DNA from: a virus
Taxonomy: Duplodnaviria; Heunggongvirae; Uroviricota; Caudoviricetes
IMG/VR virus record: IMGVR_UViG_2799112923_000001
Length of the DNA stretch: 64,000 nucleotides
Direction: 5' to 3' (one strand)
The notes below the pieces were generated by a model. That model searched no databases. It saw nothing but the letters and a program-made list of their open reading frames with translations, and had not been told where the DNA came from. Positions 27,535 to 36,906 of the stretch are shown piece after piece. Position 1 is the first letter of the stretch. Each line of letters starts with the position of its first letter. A program made the position numbers and the translations under genes.

Positions 27535-28293
27535 ATGAAAGAATCAAAAATAACAATGGAAGAATTGTATAGCATTGAAGGATTTAGTTGGAAAATTCAA
27601 CTTGCTTTGATTGACTTGCTTTGTAGATGTATTGAACCAACAAATGCGGTTGAATTGGGAACTTGGCATGGAAGAAGTGCCGTAATCTTTTCAAAGTATA
27701 TCAATGACAAACAAGGTTTGTTTTGGGGTGTAGAACCAGAACACACTAGAGCAGATATTACACGAAAGAATTGTGAAAATGTTTGCCCAAATGGTAAGAT
27801 TTACATTGAAAAGAACATTTCCAATTATTCCGATTTGAATACAAAGGTTATTCCATTTGTGGATATTGTTCATATTGATGGTGAACATAGTTTTAATGCC
27901 GTTTATCACGATTTAGATTTGGTTAAGAAGTTTATTCTTAAAGAAGGATTGATTATTCTTGACGATTTCTATTTTGATATGTACCCACAAATTACTCAAT
28001 CAGCATATAAATGGTTAGACGATAATCCTGAGTATGTTTTATTGGCTGTTGGTTTCTGTAAAGGAATAATTTGTAATAAAATGTTCTATAAGAAATATGC
28101 CGATATGATACTTGACCCATCTTTCATTGACGAATTGAAGAAATATGATACTGGTGTTGAGTTTTTGACCGTCACTAGAACTTCTCCATTTATGGATTGC
28201 CCAACATTGGGTATTTGTACCAATGTTTCCAAAGACCCTTATATTGGAAATGAATGTGGCGATGGAAAAATTGAAAAAATAACAAAGATGTAA
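27535..28293 (+). CDS. Class I SAM-dependent methyltransferase (Methyltransf_24-like)
   Basis: VELGTWHGRS, VHIDGEHSF, GLIILDDF. Confidence 0.8.
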   Translation: MKESKITMEELYSIEGFSWKIQLALIDLLCRCIEPTNAVELGTWHGRSAVIFSKYINDKQGLFWGVEPEHTRADITRKNCENVCPNGKIYIEKNISNYSDLNTKVIPFVDIVHIDGEHSFNAVYHDLDLVKKFILKEGLIILDDFYFDMYPQITQSAYKWLDDNPEYVLLAVGFCKGIICNKMFYKKYADMILDPSFIDELKKYDTGVEFLTVTRTSPFMDCPTLGICTNVSKDPYIGNECGDGKIEKITKM

Positions 28294-28294
28294 T

Positions 28295-29473
28295 ATGACT
28301 AACAAGAATACTTTAATAAATTTTCTTTGTGATATAGTTAAAACAGACAAAATCATTAGTTTTAATGCTAATGATTTTGAACTATATAAAGTTTTGGAAA
28401 ATAAATCCAATTCATTACAGATAATTGAAGAAGATAAAGCAGCTGCTGATAGAGCATTTAAACAAGTGCCATTCAACAAATGCCAAATCTATACAATTCC
28501 ATTGTATTATTCTAATATGAGTGAATTAGGATATTATGAATTGGTTTATATTTCCGATTTGAACCAAACTTATCTTGCTTTAAAGAAATTCCAAAACAAT
28601 GTAACCCATTCAGGGTTCATTGTTGTTAATCATTTTATGGAAAATCTTAAAGTAACACAGGAAATCTTTAAATGGCTTGAAAAGAACCCCGATTATACTC
28701 TTTTATCATCAGGGTTTAATGTAGCAGTTCTTTGTAGAAACGAATTTGTTAATTATTATCGTAGAGAATTGATAAATCGTCATAGTAAAGAACTTTCTAC
28801 TATCAAATCATTTATTAAAGACGAGTATTCTAATGTGTTAGAATTTGATACAGTAGGATTTAATTATATTCATACTGATAAAGATTATGATTTGAAAATT
28901 CCTACACAAATAGTTCCATATATTCTACAAGTTATACAACCAAATTCAATAGTTGACATTGGTTGTGGATATGGTGCGTTCTTAAAAGCATTTAAGAACA
29001 ATGGTATTAAAGAAGTACTCGGCATAGATTGTGAAAAATGTAAAGATAATCTATTAGAACCAAATGAATTTAGAATAGAAAATCTTGAAAACGAACTTAC
29101 ATTTGATAAACGATATGATACTGCTATCTGTTTGGAAGTAGCAGAACATATTGACGAACAATATGCTGATAATTTGATTAAAACATTAACCAATGCCAGT
29201 AATTGTATAATCTTTTCAGCCGCTGCCCCAGGTCAAAGATGTATCGGTCATGTTAATTGCCAATGGCCTTCATATTGGAAAAAGAAATTTGAAAATGTTG
29301 GCTATACAATGATTGATGTGTTAAGACCTAAAATGTGGAATGATAATTCTATTCCTTGGTGGTATAGGCAGAATATGTTTATGGTTATAAAAGCAGACCA
29401 AAACGAACAATACGATGACCCTATCTATACTGACATTCAAGATAAATTACATCCTGACTCATTGAATAGTTAA
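28295..29473 (+). CDS. Two-domain methyltransferase (degenerate copy of the upstream MTase plus a class I MTase)
   Basis: IVDIGCGYGAF, CLEVAEHI, FSAAAPGQ..GHVNCQWPSYW; N-terminal half resembles 27535. Confidence 0.8.
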   Translation: MTNKNTLINFLCDIVKTDKIISFNANDFELYKVLENKSNSLQIIEEDKAAADRAFKQVPFNKCQIYTIPLYYSNMSELGYYELVYISDLNQTYLALKKFQNNVTHSGFIVVNHFMENLKVTQEIFKWLEKNPDYTLLSSGFNVAVLCRNEFVNYYRRELINRHSKELSTIKSFIKDEYSNVLEFDTVGFNYIHTDKDYDLKIPTQIVPYILQVIQPNSIVDIGCGYGAFLKAFKNNGIKEVLGIDCEKCKDNLLEPNEFRIENLENELTFDKRYDTAICLEVAEHIDEQYADNLIKTLTNASNCIIFSAAAPGQRCIGHVNCQWPSYWKKKFENVGYTMIDVLRPKMWNDNSIPWWYRQNMFMVIKADQNEQYDDPIYTDIQDKLHPDSLNS

Positions 29474-29483
29474 TAAATACAAT

Positions 29484-30941
29484 ATGAGTAATTGGACCGA
29501 AAATAATCCACAAAATATCAGTAATCCTAAATATGACCCATCTACCCATCAGTTCAAAAAGGGTTGGATTGATGGTCATCCTAGAGGTGGCTACCCAGCT
29601 AACTATTTCTTTGCTGATTCTATCAGAGCAGCAATGATTGGGTTTGGTAATTTCTTTAATGACCTATTTGTAATTCGCTACGATGAAAAAGGTGAACCAA
29701 TTAAACAGATTCAGGTCCCATTAAAGTACGGTCCAAGAATGAAATCACACGATTTTCGTGTTGAACAAGAAAGTGGTAAGAAATACTATATCCAATTACC
29801 AAATATGACATATCGTAAGACCGGTATGGCATTTGCTAGTGAAAGATATTCCGGTGCCGGTGAGTCAAGAGGATTCTACAACAAATACTTTGAAGTAAAT
29901 GGTGTGGACTATTTGATGGCAAACAAGTTTTGGGCCGATGTTCACCCAGTTCCATATAACATAACAATTAGTATGGAAGCCAAATGTGAGCATATATCCG
30001 ATGCTAACCAAATTGAAGAACAAGTCCTATCAAGATTTGCCCCTGAAGCATATTTTGATTTGAAGGAGTTTTGGTTCATAAACAAACGCCGTTCTATCAA
30101 GATGAAATTGGATAGTATCTCGGAAGAATTGACCCAGGATTTTGGTGAAGAAGATAAAAGAGAAATAACTGTATCATTTGAGTTCACCATTGAAGCCTGG
30201 TTGTATAAGACCATTAAAGATACCTATATCATTGACGAAATCATTACCCAGTTGGGTGTAAATGGTGATAAGAATTATTGGAATGAAAAAATGATGGGTA
30301 ACTATACTGGTAATTTCAAAGAAAGACACGATTTGGATTATCAATTCGGTACCAAAATCGGTCGTGTTTCTGCTTTGTTGCCATTTGAGAAACAACCAGA
30401 ACCAAAAACAACAGATTATGGTATTCATTACGAATACAAATACGAAGAATTGCCAGATATCACCAATTATCCAACGGGAAGTAAACTTTTATTAACACAG
30501 GATATATACAACGATAAAACTTCTGCCGTTTGGAATGGGTATAACCAGGTTTTGACGTCCCTGAGCAGTACTGCCCCAGTTGCTTGGAATGATAAAACCT
30601 ACGATGCTCTACATAGAGATGGCGCAGTGCTCAAGTACTGGCAAGTGACTGCCAATAGCGGTGATATTCTTAATCCAACCATGTCGGGTGATAGAATTTA
30701 CCAGATTTGGTATGACCCAAATTATGTAATTAAGCCAGGCGAATTAAATCCTGACGGAACTGTTAAAACACCTGGAGAATTTGGTGGAACATTCATTAAA
30801 GAATTTGAAAACCTAAAAGGATTTGGAGATTTTAGTGATAACTTGTTCTTTGGAACGAAAGATGCTCAAATTGGTAGCACAGTTGTTAAAGATGCTCCTT
30901 GGGTTTCTCAAGTTTCAACAGAAAATAACGAAATTATATAA
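29484..30941 (+). CDS. Tail sheath stabilizer / completion protein, T4 gp15-like, with C-terminal extension
   Basis: IGFGNFFNDLFVIR, IQVPLKYGP, PVPYNI, QIEEQVLSRF, FEFTIEAWLY. Confidence 0.8.
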   Translation: MSNWTENNPQNISNPKYDPSTHQFKKGWIDGHPRGGYPANYFFADSIRAAMIGFGNFFNDLFVIRYDEKGEPIKQIQVPLKYGPRMKSHDFRVEQESGKKYYIQLPNMTYRKTGMAFASERYSGAGESRGFYNKYFEVNGVDYLMANKFWADVHPVPYNITISMEAKCEHISDANQIEEQVLSRFAPEAYFDLKEFWFINKRRSIKMKLDSISEELTQDFGEEDKREITVSFEFTIEAWLYKTIKDTYIIDEIITQLGVNGDKNYWNEKMMGNYTGNFKERHDLDYQFGTKIGRVSALLPFEKQPEPKTTDYGIHYEYKYEELPDITNYPTGSKLLLTQDIYNDKTSAVWNGYNQVLTSLSSTAPVAWNDKTYDALHRDGAVLKYWQVTANSGDILNPTMSGDRIYQIWYDPNYVIKPGELNPDGTVKTPGEFGGTFIKEFENLKGFGDFSDNLFFGTKDAQIGSTVVKDAPWVSQVSTENNEII

Positions 30942-30969
30942 ATACTATATAAAATGGAGTTTTTGAATT

Positions 30970-31809
30970 ATGGAAAATAGACAATCACAATTTATAACAA
31001 AGATTTTACAAATCTTTACTAATACTGGGTTTGGTGTTGAAAAATTTGACGATGGCACTTATGATATTATTGACAGATCCATAATTGGTAAAGCAAAAAT
31101 TGGTTCTATCAAGATTTTGGGTAGTGGCGAAATATCCATTAAGTTAGGTGGTGAATCTAAAAATCGTGGAAAGTTTGCTGCTTTGATGAAAAAGACCTCA
31201 TTCAAAGCAAAACCAACAAACAATGTTGCCACAGTAGCAGCTATTGTTAAGAATATGCTCATTGAGTATAAGAAGGCAAAGAAAGAAATCTATAAGGAAT
31301 CTTACGAACAGTATACAGTTCCACAAATCACAAGAGATACATTGGAAGGAGCCATTGATTCCTATTTAACCAAAGTAGCATTGTTAAAAGAGTCTACCGA
31401 TATAGAAGAAAACTATGCTGACTTGCTAACATTTGTTGCCGACAAACTTTCTTTGACAGAAGATGCTTGCGAAGCCAAATATGGCGATATTCTTGATTTG
31501 ACTTTGAATTATGACGAAACTAAATTTAACAAGGCTATGGATAAATTGTTTGAAGAAACCGAATTGAAGAATGAGTTTAGAACCTTCTTACACGAAAACA
31601 AAGAAAATGATTTGATGGCTGAAATCAAAGCTGATAAAGCCTTGAAAGCACTTAGAAATACCGATTACTACAAGAATTTAGACGAAAATGACAAATATCG
31701 TAAATTGTGGAAATACATTGTTGGTACACACGGTTCAAAGTTTTCAATGAGCGAAGACTTGGAAGATATTTGTAAAACCTTGGCTCATGAAGATGACGAA
31801 AACTTTTAA
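30970..31809 (+). CDS. Late hypothetical protein
   Basis: TATAAATA at ~30938 and GGAG SD; several LxE/xES sites. Confidence 0.65.
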   Translation: MENRQSQFITKILQIFTNTGFGVEKFDDGTYDIIDRSIIGKAKIGSIKILGSGEISIKLGGESKNRGKFAALMKKTSFKAKPTNNVATVAAIVKNMLIEYKKAKKEIYKESYEQYTVPQITRDTLEGAIDSYLTKVALLKESTDIEENYADLLTFVADKLSLTEDACEAKYGDILDLTLNYDETKFNKAMDKLFEETELKNEFRTFLHENKENDLMAEIKADKALKALRNTDYYKNLDENDKYRKLWKYIVGTHGSKFSMSEDLEDICKTLAHEDDENF

Positions 31810-31843
31810 TCATAAATAAAATAAAAATTTAGGAGTAAATACA

Positions 31844-32233
31844 ATGGATTTCAAAAATTATTATCACAACAAATTGAACGAAGAAGGTGTTACAATGGAT
31901 GGTTTGGATGCTGATGCTCCAAAGCCACAACAGCCACAACAGCAACAGGCTCCACAGGGTAAGAGCGGTATCCTTAGCAATTATGTTAATGGTACTTCTT
32001 TGAAGCTTGGTTTGCGTAAACTCGGTGACGAAGTTGGTGAAGGTATCTTTGAATATGCTACAAAGCAGCTTGTTCAACCAACAGACTTCAAATCCGAAGA
32101 TGACTACATTAAGTATTGCCAGGAAATAAGAACCGGTGTTGCCGAAAAGTATAACAAGACACTCTCCGATTTGCTTTCTCAAATTGGTTTGTTCATTGAC
32201 AACAAGGTTCACAACGCCTGCCCAAATAAGTAA
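31844..32233 (+). CDS. Hypothetical protein, possible head-associated
   Basis: AGGAG SD; MDFKNYYHNKLNEE leader; Gln-rich stretch. Confidence 0.65.
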   Translation: MDFKNYYHNKLNEEGVTMDGLDADAPKPQQPQQQQAPQGKSGILSNYVNGTSLKLGLRKLGDEVGEGIFEYATKQLVQPTDFKSEDDYIKYCQEIRTGVAEKYNKTLSDLLSQIGLFIDNKVHNACPNK

Positions 32234-32306
32234 TCTTAAATTACAGTATTTTAAAAATAAAAATCCCCTATATAAATGGGGATTTTTTCTATATTATAAA
32301 TATAGT

Positions 32307-32792
32307 ATGCGTAATAGTAAGAATATCAATACAATATACTTGGATATGGACGGTGTAATTTGTGATTTTTGCGGAGCCTGCAAAGATATAGATGCTATTG
32401 AACATTACAAAGTAGATTGGGAAAAAGTACATTCAGCAGGAATTGACTTTTGGGCAAATATGGCCTGGACGAATGAAGGGCAGAAATTTTATAAATGGCT
32501 AGAAAAGTTTTGCGATGAAGAAGGTATAGATTTGTGTATTCTATCACAAGTTAATTACAGCGATGGTGTTAATGGTAAGATAGAATGGCTTATGGCTAAT
32601 ACTAAAGTTCCAAATAAAAACATTTACATTGTTAAGACAGGGAAAGCAAAAGCAAAATACGCAAATAACCAGAGTTTACTAATTGACGATTTCGGAAAAA
32701 ATATAGAATCATTTGTTTTGGCAGGTGGTTTCGGTATCAAATTTGAAAGTCCTGGACAAGCAAGACAAGCTCTATTAGATTTATTAGGATAA
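32307..32792 (+). CDS. HAD-family 5'(3')-deoxyribonucleotidase-like protein
   Basis: IYLDMDGVICDF, GKIEWL, LLIDDF; ATG 4 nt after TATAAATA (the longer ORF start at 32136 runs through a terminator). Confidence 0.85.
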   Translation: MRNSKNINTIYLDMDGVICDFCGACKDIDAIEHYKVDWEKVHSAGIDFWANMAWTNEGQKFYKWLEKFCDEEGIDLCILSQVNYSDGVNGKIEWLMANTKVPNKNIYIVKTGKAKAKYANNQSLLIDDFGKNIESFVLAGGFGIKFESPGQARQALLDLLG

Positions 32793-32875
32793 ATTTGTTG
32801 TTTGTTAGATTGAGCCTCTATCCTTTATGGGATAGAGGTTTTTTCGTATAAATATATGAGAAAAAGAGGTATATA

Positions 32876-33522
32876 ATGGCAGAAGAAAATACAGCTACAA
32901 GTTCTCACTTAAATTCATATATGCACGTCTATGACAATGGCACTACAGCTCGTTTGTATGTTACACCTTGGAATAAGTCCACAGTTGCCGATGGTTATTG
33001 GCAAACAGTTAACACCATTCAACCATTGATTAACCGAGACATTTATCTAGCAGATTGTTTGGATAAATTAGCAAATAAGTATACAGTATACAAACCGATT
33101 GTTTGGATAAATTAGCAAATAAGTATACAGTATACAAACCAGGTTTTGGTATTGAAATGGAACATAATACTGTAGAAGATTATTGGACTATTTCTGTTAA
33201 AACAGATGAATTGCTTAATACAGTACCCCATTATATTTTTGATACAACATATTTTAAAGTAGATGAAGATAAAGAACAAAATACAGTAAATGTTGGTTTT
33301 AAAGTAAAACCAGATGGTTACATTAAAGCTGGTGATAATGGATTATTTTGTAATGTTGAAGGTTTGATAAATGAAACTTCATCATATTCAAGTTATTCTT
33401 CTGTATCTTCTAAAACTACTTCTTCATTCACATACGAATATAAAGTTAGCAACCAACCATTTGAAGCCGTTAGCACATTCCCTTCAAATCCTTCCCCAGG
33501 AACAATTTATCTAATAGGTTAA
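32876..33522 (+). pseudogene. Tail-associated protein split by a 44-bp tandem duplication (real lesion or assembly error)
   Basis: ORFs 32876-33115 and 33103-33522 join in frame if one copy of the 33053-33140 repeat is removed. Confidence 0.7.
33053..33140. repeat. Perfect 44-bp tandem duplication
   Basis: gattgtttggataaattagcaaataagtatacagtatacaaacc x2. Confidence 0.95.
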
Positions 33523-33523
33523 T

Positions 33524-34420
33524 ATGGGATATAAACCTTACGCAAAATACCATTTATACGAAACTGCACATAGTGGATTTTATGATGGTGAATTATCCGC
33601 TGAAACAGTTAATTTGTTGCCAAAGACTTGGACAAAGTTTACAGTTACGGATGGTGATTGGAAAACTGAAAAAACTCTTGAACCATTATGGAATAGAGAT
33701 ATTTTCTTGGCTAATGAAATTGACAAGGTAGATGAAGATAAAAAGAAACATTATGTAGCCAGTAGTCATTTCGTTATAGACCACGAAAATGAAACAATGT
33801 ATGTAAACCCATTTGATAGTTTATATACATTTAGTGATGGTATATTATACGAACCTGAAAGTTATAGTATCACTACAAAATTCCCTGATAAAGATGGTGG
33901 TGTTATAAACAAATTATATTTGGATGGTGGCAGTGCGAATTATAAGTACACAAAACCAGATGTTCAATACACTGCTTGGTGTGATAGTTCTTGTTCTTCC
34001 AAACCAATTTTCTCTGCTGAGACTATAATAAATGGTAGCACTGATATTGAAACAGAATACAATACTTATATGAGAGATGCTGGTATTATTGTAGTTGTAT
34101 CTGGTGGATTACTTTATGACGATGATGTTAAGAAAGGATATTGGAGAGATTCTTTAATTGATTGTTGGTCTGCTGAGGCTAATACTAGATATATTGGACC
34201 TTCAGCTGGTTGGAATTACAAAGTAGAACATCCTGAAATGTATGAAAATTCCGCATATAGTGATGGAACTAAAAATTGGTCTTATACTTCTAGTCATTTT
34301 GAAGAATTTTTTAATCCATTGGATAGAACACCATATAGTGAAGATATACAACAAGCTGGTCCAAATTTAATTAGTGGTGTTGTGGATATGGTTCCTGAAA
34401 ACGCATTATATATTTGGTAA
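33524..34420 (+). CDS. Tail-associated protein
   Basis: TVTDGDW...PLWNRDIFLA motif shared with 32876 and 61568. Confidence 0.6.
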   Translation: MGYKPYAKYHLYETAHSGFYDGELSAETVNLLPKTWTKFTVTDGDWKTEKTLEPLWNRDIFLANEIDKVDEDKKKHYVASSHFVIDHENETMYVNPFDSLYTFSDGILYEPESYSITTKFPDKDGGVINKLYLDGGSANYKYTKPDVQYTAWCDSSCSSKPIFSAETIINGSTDIETEYNTYMRDAGIIVVVSGGLLYDDDVKKGYWRDSLIDCWSAEANTRYIGPSAGWNYKVEHPEMYENSAYSDGTKNWSYTSSHFEEFFNPLDRTPYSEDIQQAGPNLISGVVDMVPENALYIW

Positions 34421-34423
34421 ATT

Positions 34424-36799
34424 ATGAGTTATTATATTAAAAGTAAAGATGGCAAAATATACTCTGATACAATAGCAGGTGGAACACCATTTAAAGAAGC
34501 TATTGTAGTTAATGAAGTTCGTTTAGATTATCCTGATAAAGATGTAGCAGGTGCAGAACCATATTATACAGATGGTTATAATTCTTGGAAAGGAGATAAT
34601 GCCTATAACAGCCGTTATCTAGTTCCTTATGTTGCTATTAAAGATGCTTCAAGACCTTTAATATATGGTGGTGCTACTGCTTATGGTGCTACTTCTATTG
34701 ATGAAGTAGATATTGGGGTAAACTATTTCCCTGAGTATTATAGACCAATCGCAATTTGTTCTTATAAAACTAGACGAAATACTTATGAAATTACAAAAGA
34801 TAAAAGTTCCGACTATCCTGTATTATATTTCCCAGTAAGACACCAAACCATTATTCAAAAAGAATTGTATAATGGTGATAAATCTATGATTTCTCATTGT
34901 GATAGAACTAAAGGTAATACCTTGTATTACTACATCAGTGAAAATCAAAAATGTTTGAATAGTAGATGGGATTCTAAATGGGGACCTTATCCAGGCGATG
35001 CTCATAATGTGGACCCTAATGATACTGTTTTATACTGCGATAGTAGTTGGATTCACGATGGCGACCTAACCGCTGCTGCGAACCCATTTTATTCTGATGT
35101 TAAAATCCAAAATAATAATCTACATTTTTTCAAACAACTTTTTGATACCAAAGATAATGATATGTTTGGATATACAGAAATTAAAATGCCTGAGAGTGTA
35201 TCAAACAAAAATAGATTAACTTATTTTAGATTAAACATTGATGAAATCAAGAGTAAAGGAAATAAACTCACATTGAAGTATTATTGGAATTATTTGTATA
35301 AAAATGATTCCCAAATGAGAACAAATTATGATGTTTATGGATTAGATAAACCATTCGTATTCAATTATTGGACTGGTGACACTGAAGAATGGCCTGTATC
35401 TACTGATACAAATTATGGATATAAACTAAATGAAAATTTGAAATCATCATTAGTAAATGGCGTTAATACTTGTGAAGGTGTAAACACAAAATATACTTTT
35501 AATATGGATGATGATACTCAAAAAGACCCTTGGAACGATGTAGAAACCTATAATAATCTATGGATAAACTGGGTTAATAAAGGTAATGATGGTGAAGAAA
35601 AAAACATGGTTCTTTTGAAAGTTGCCAATAATAATTCAGCTCTATTTACTACCGGTGCTTTGGGTGGTATGTCAGTTGGTAGTATCGGTAATACAAGTTA
35701 TAGTGCTATGTTAGCTGGTAAACGATATGTAGTTCAGTTCGGTAGTCCTGATTATCGTATTTGTGTTCCAAAGAATGATTGCCCTATAAAAACACCATTA
35801 ACAGAAAGTTTATTCAAGGAAATTCATAATCTATCCGAATATGCTCTATCAGCATTAAAAGACACCCAATGTTATGAAAACTATACTGCACATTTTACAG
35901 AACAAAAATTCTTAAAAGACCAAAACAACTGGGGCGATTATAGTGCTAATTTCTTACCATATTTAAGAACTAATACAAATAATTGTGTTTTTGAAAACAC
36001 TTGGTATGGTTGTTATTTTAACCAATATACTTCAAATTCTTCACCTAAATTAGTTTATAAAATGTGGGATGCTAAGGTTGTTAGTCAATTTAATCCAAGT
36101 GTTAATGATTTGATTAAAAATGATAATGAATCAATTTATTCACTAGCAGGTGATACAACAAATTTATATAGTGCTAATAATACTACTTATTATAGTGACC
36201 CTCCATCGTGGAAAAAAGTATATGCAGGTGATTATATGAAAGTTGTAAAAGATTATGATTCTAGTGTTCAAAAATTAACTTATTCTTTTGGTAAATTAAC
36301 CGCCGATATAGAGTCACAATACAATATTCCACTTACAGAGATATATGAAAAAATGCAAGTAATTTATTCAAATGAATATGACGAAGTAATTTGCCCAAAA
36401 ATTTATAACTATTTAACAGCAAATAACTTCTTTGCTACCGCAAGCATGACACAATTTGACCCAACTAAATCATATACTAATGGTAGTGTTGTTTATGATA
36501 AAATAACGAAATATACTGCAAATTGTTTCGTAAAAGCGGGCTACAATTTAAATTCTATTGCTTGGAATGAAAACTTATTTAATCCATTAAATTCTACAGT
36601 ATTAGCATCAAAATTATCAGCCGATATAACATATAACTATGCTGGTAGTGCTTCATATACAATAGATTTAACAAATGAAACTAAACAATATCTTTATGTG
36701 GCAAACCCAACTACTATATTATTAACACCAATTACTGATATGACAGATTGTGATAATATAATAACTGACTTTAAAATGGTGTACGAAGCAACAAATTAA
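34424..36799 (+). CDS. Large structural / receptor-binding-like protein
   Basis: 791 aa, N/Y/T-rich, in a late operon with tail-like genes. Confidence 0.55.
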   Translation: MSYYIKSKDGKIYSDTIAGGTPFKEAIVVNEVRLDYPDKDVAGAEPYYTDGYNSWKGDNAYNSRYLVPYVAIKDASRPLIYGGATAYGATSIDEVDIGVNYFPEYYRPIAICSYKTRRNTYEITKDKSSDYPVLYFPVRHQTIIQKELYNGDKSMISHCDRTKGNTLYYYISENQKCLNSRWDSKWGPYPGDAHNVDPNDTVLYCDSSWIHDGDLTAAANPFYSDVKIQNNNLHFFKQLFDTKDNDMFGYTEIKMPESVSNKNRLTYFRLNIDEIKSKGNKLTLKYYWNYLYKNDSQMRTNYDVYGLDKPFVFNYWTGDTEEWPVSTDTNYGYKLNENLKSSLVNGVNTCEGVNTKYTFNMDDDTQKDPWNDVETYNNLWINWVNKGNDGEEKNMVLLKVANNNSALFTTGALGGMSVGSIGNTSYSAMLAGKRYVVQFGSPDYRICVPKNDCPIKTPLTESLFKEIHNLSEYALSALKDTQCYENYTAHFTEQKFLKDQNNWGDYSANFLPYLRTNTNNCVFENTWYGCYFNQYTSNSSPKLVYKMWDAKVVSQFNPSVNDLIKNDNESIYSLAGDTTNLYSANNTTYYSDPPSWKKVYAGDYMKVVKDYDSSVQKLTYSFGKLTADIESQYNIPLTEIYEKMQVIYSNEYDEVICPKIYNYLTANNFFATASMTQFDPTKSYTNGSVVYDKITKYTANCFVKAGYNLNSIAWNENLFNPLNSTVLASKLSADITYNYAGSASYTIDLTNETKQYLYVANPTTILLTPITDMTDCDNIITDFKMVYEATN

Positions 36800-36805
36800 A
36801 CAGTA

Positions 36806-36841
36806 AAAGGGTCGCAAAAATGCGACCCTTTCTTATAAATA
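36806..36841 (+). promoter_or_regulatory. Terminator followed by late promoter
   Basis: AAAGGGTCGCA..TGCGACCCTTT then TATAAATA. Confidence 0.75.
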
Positions 36842-36906
36842 CTAATATAAGTCTAATTGTGAGTGAGTGATTTTATTATTTTGTTTAAATTATAAGGAAA
36901 ATTAGT

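Noticed and set aside
32136-32306. Extended N-termini given by the ORF track (also 1661, 42882, 43415, 49409, 49963, 50700)
   Set aside because: They cross terminators or promoters or overlap upstream genes; downstream starts have the SD or promoter support.
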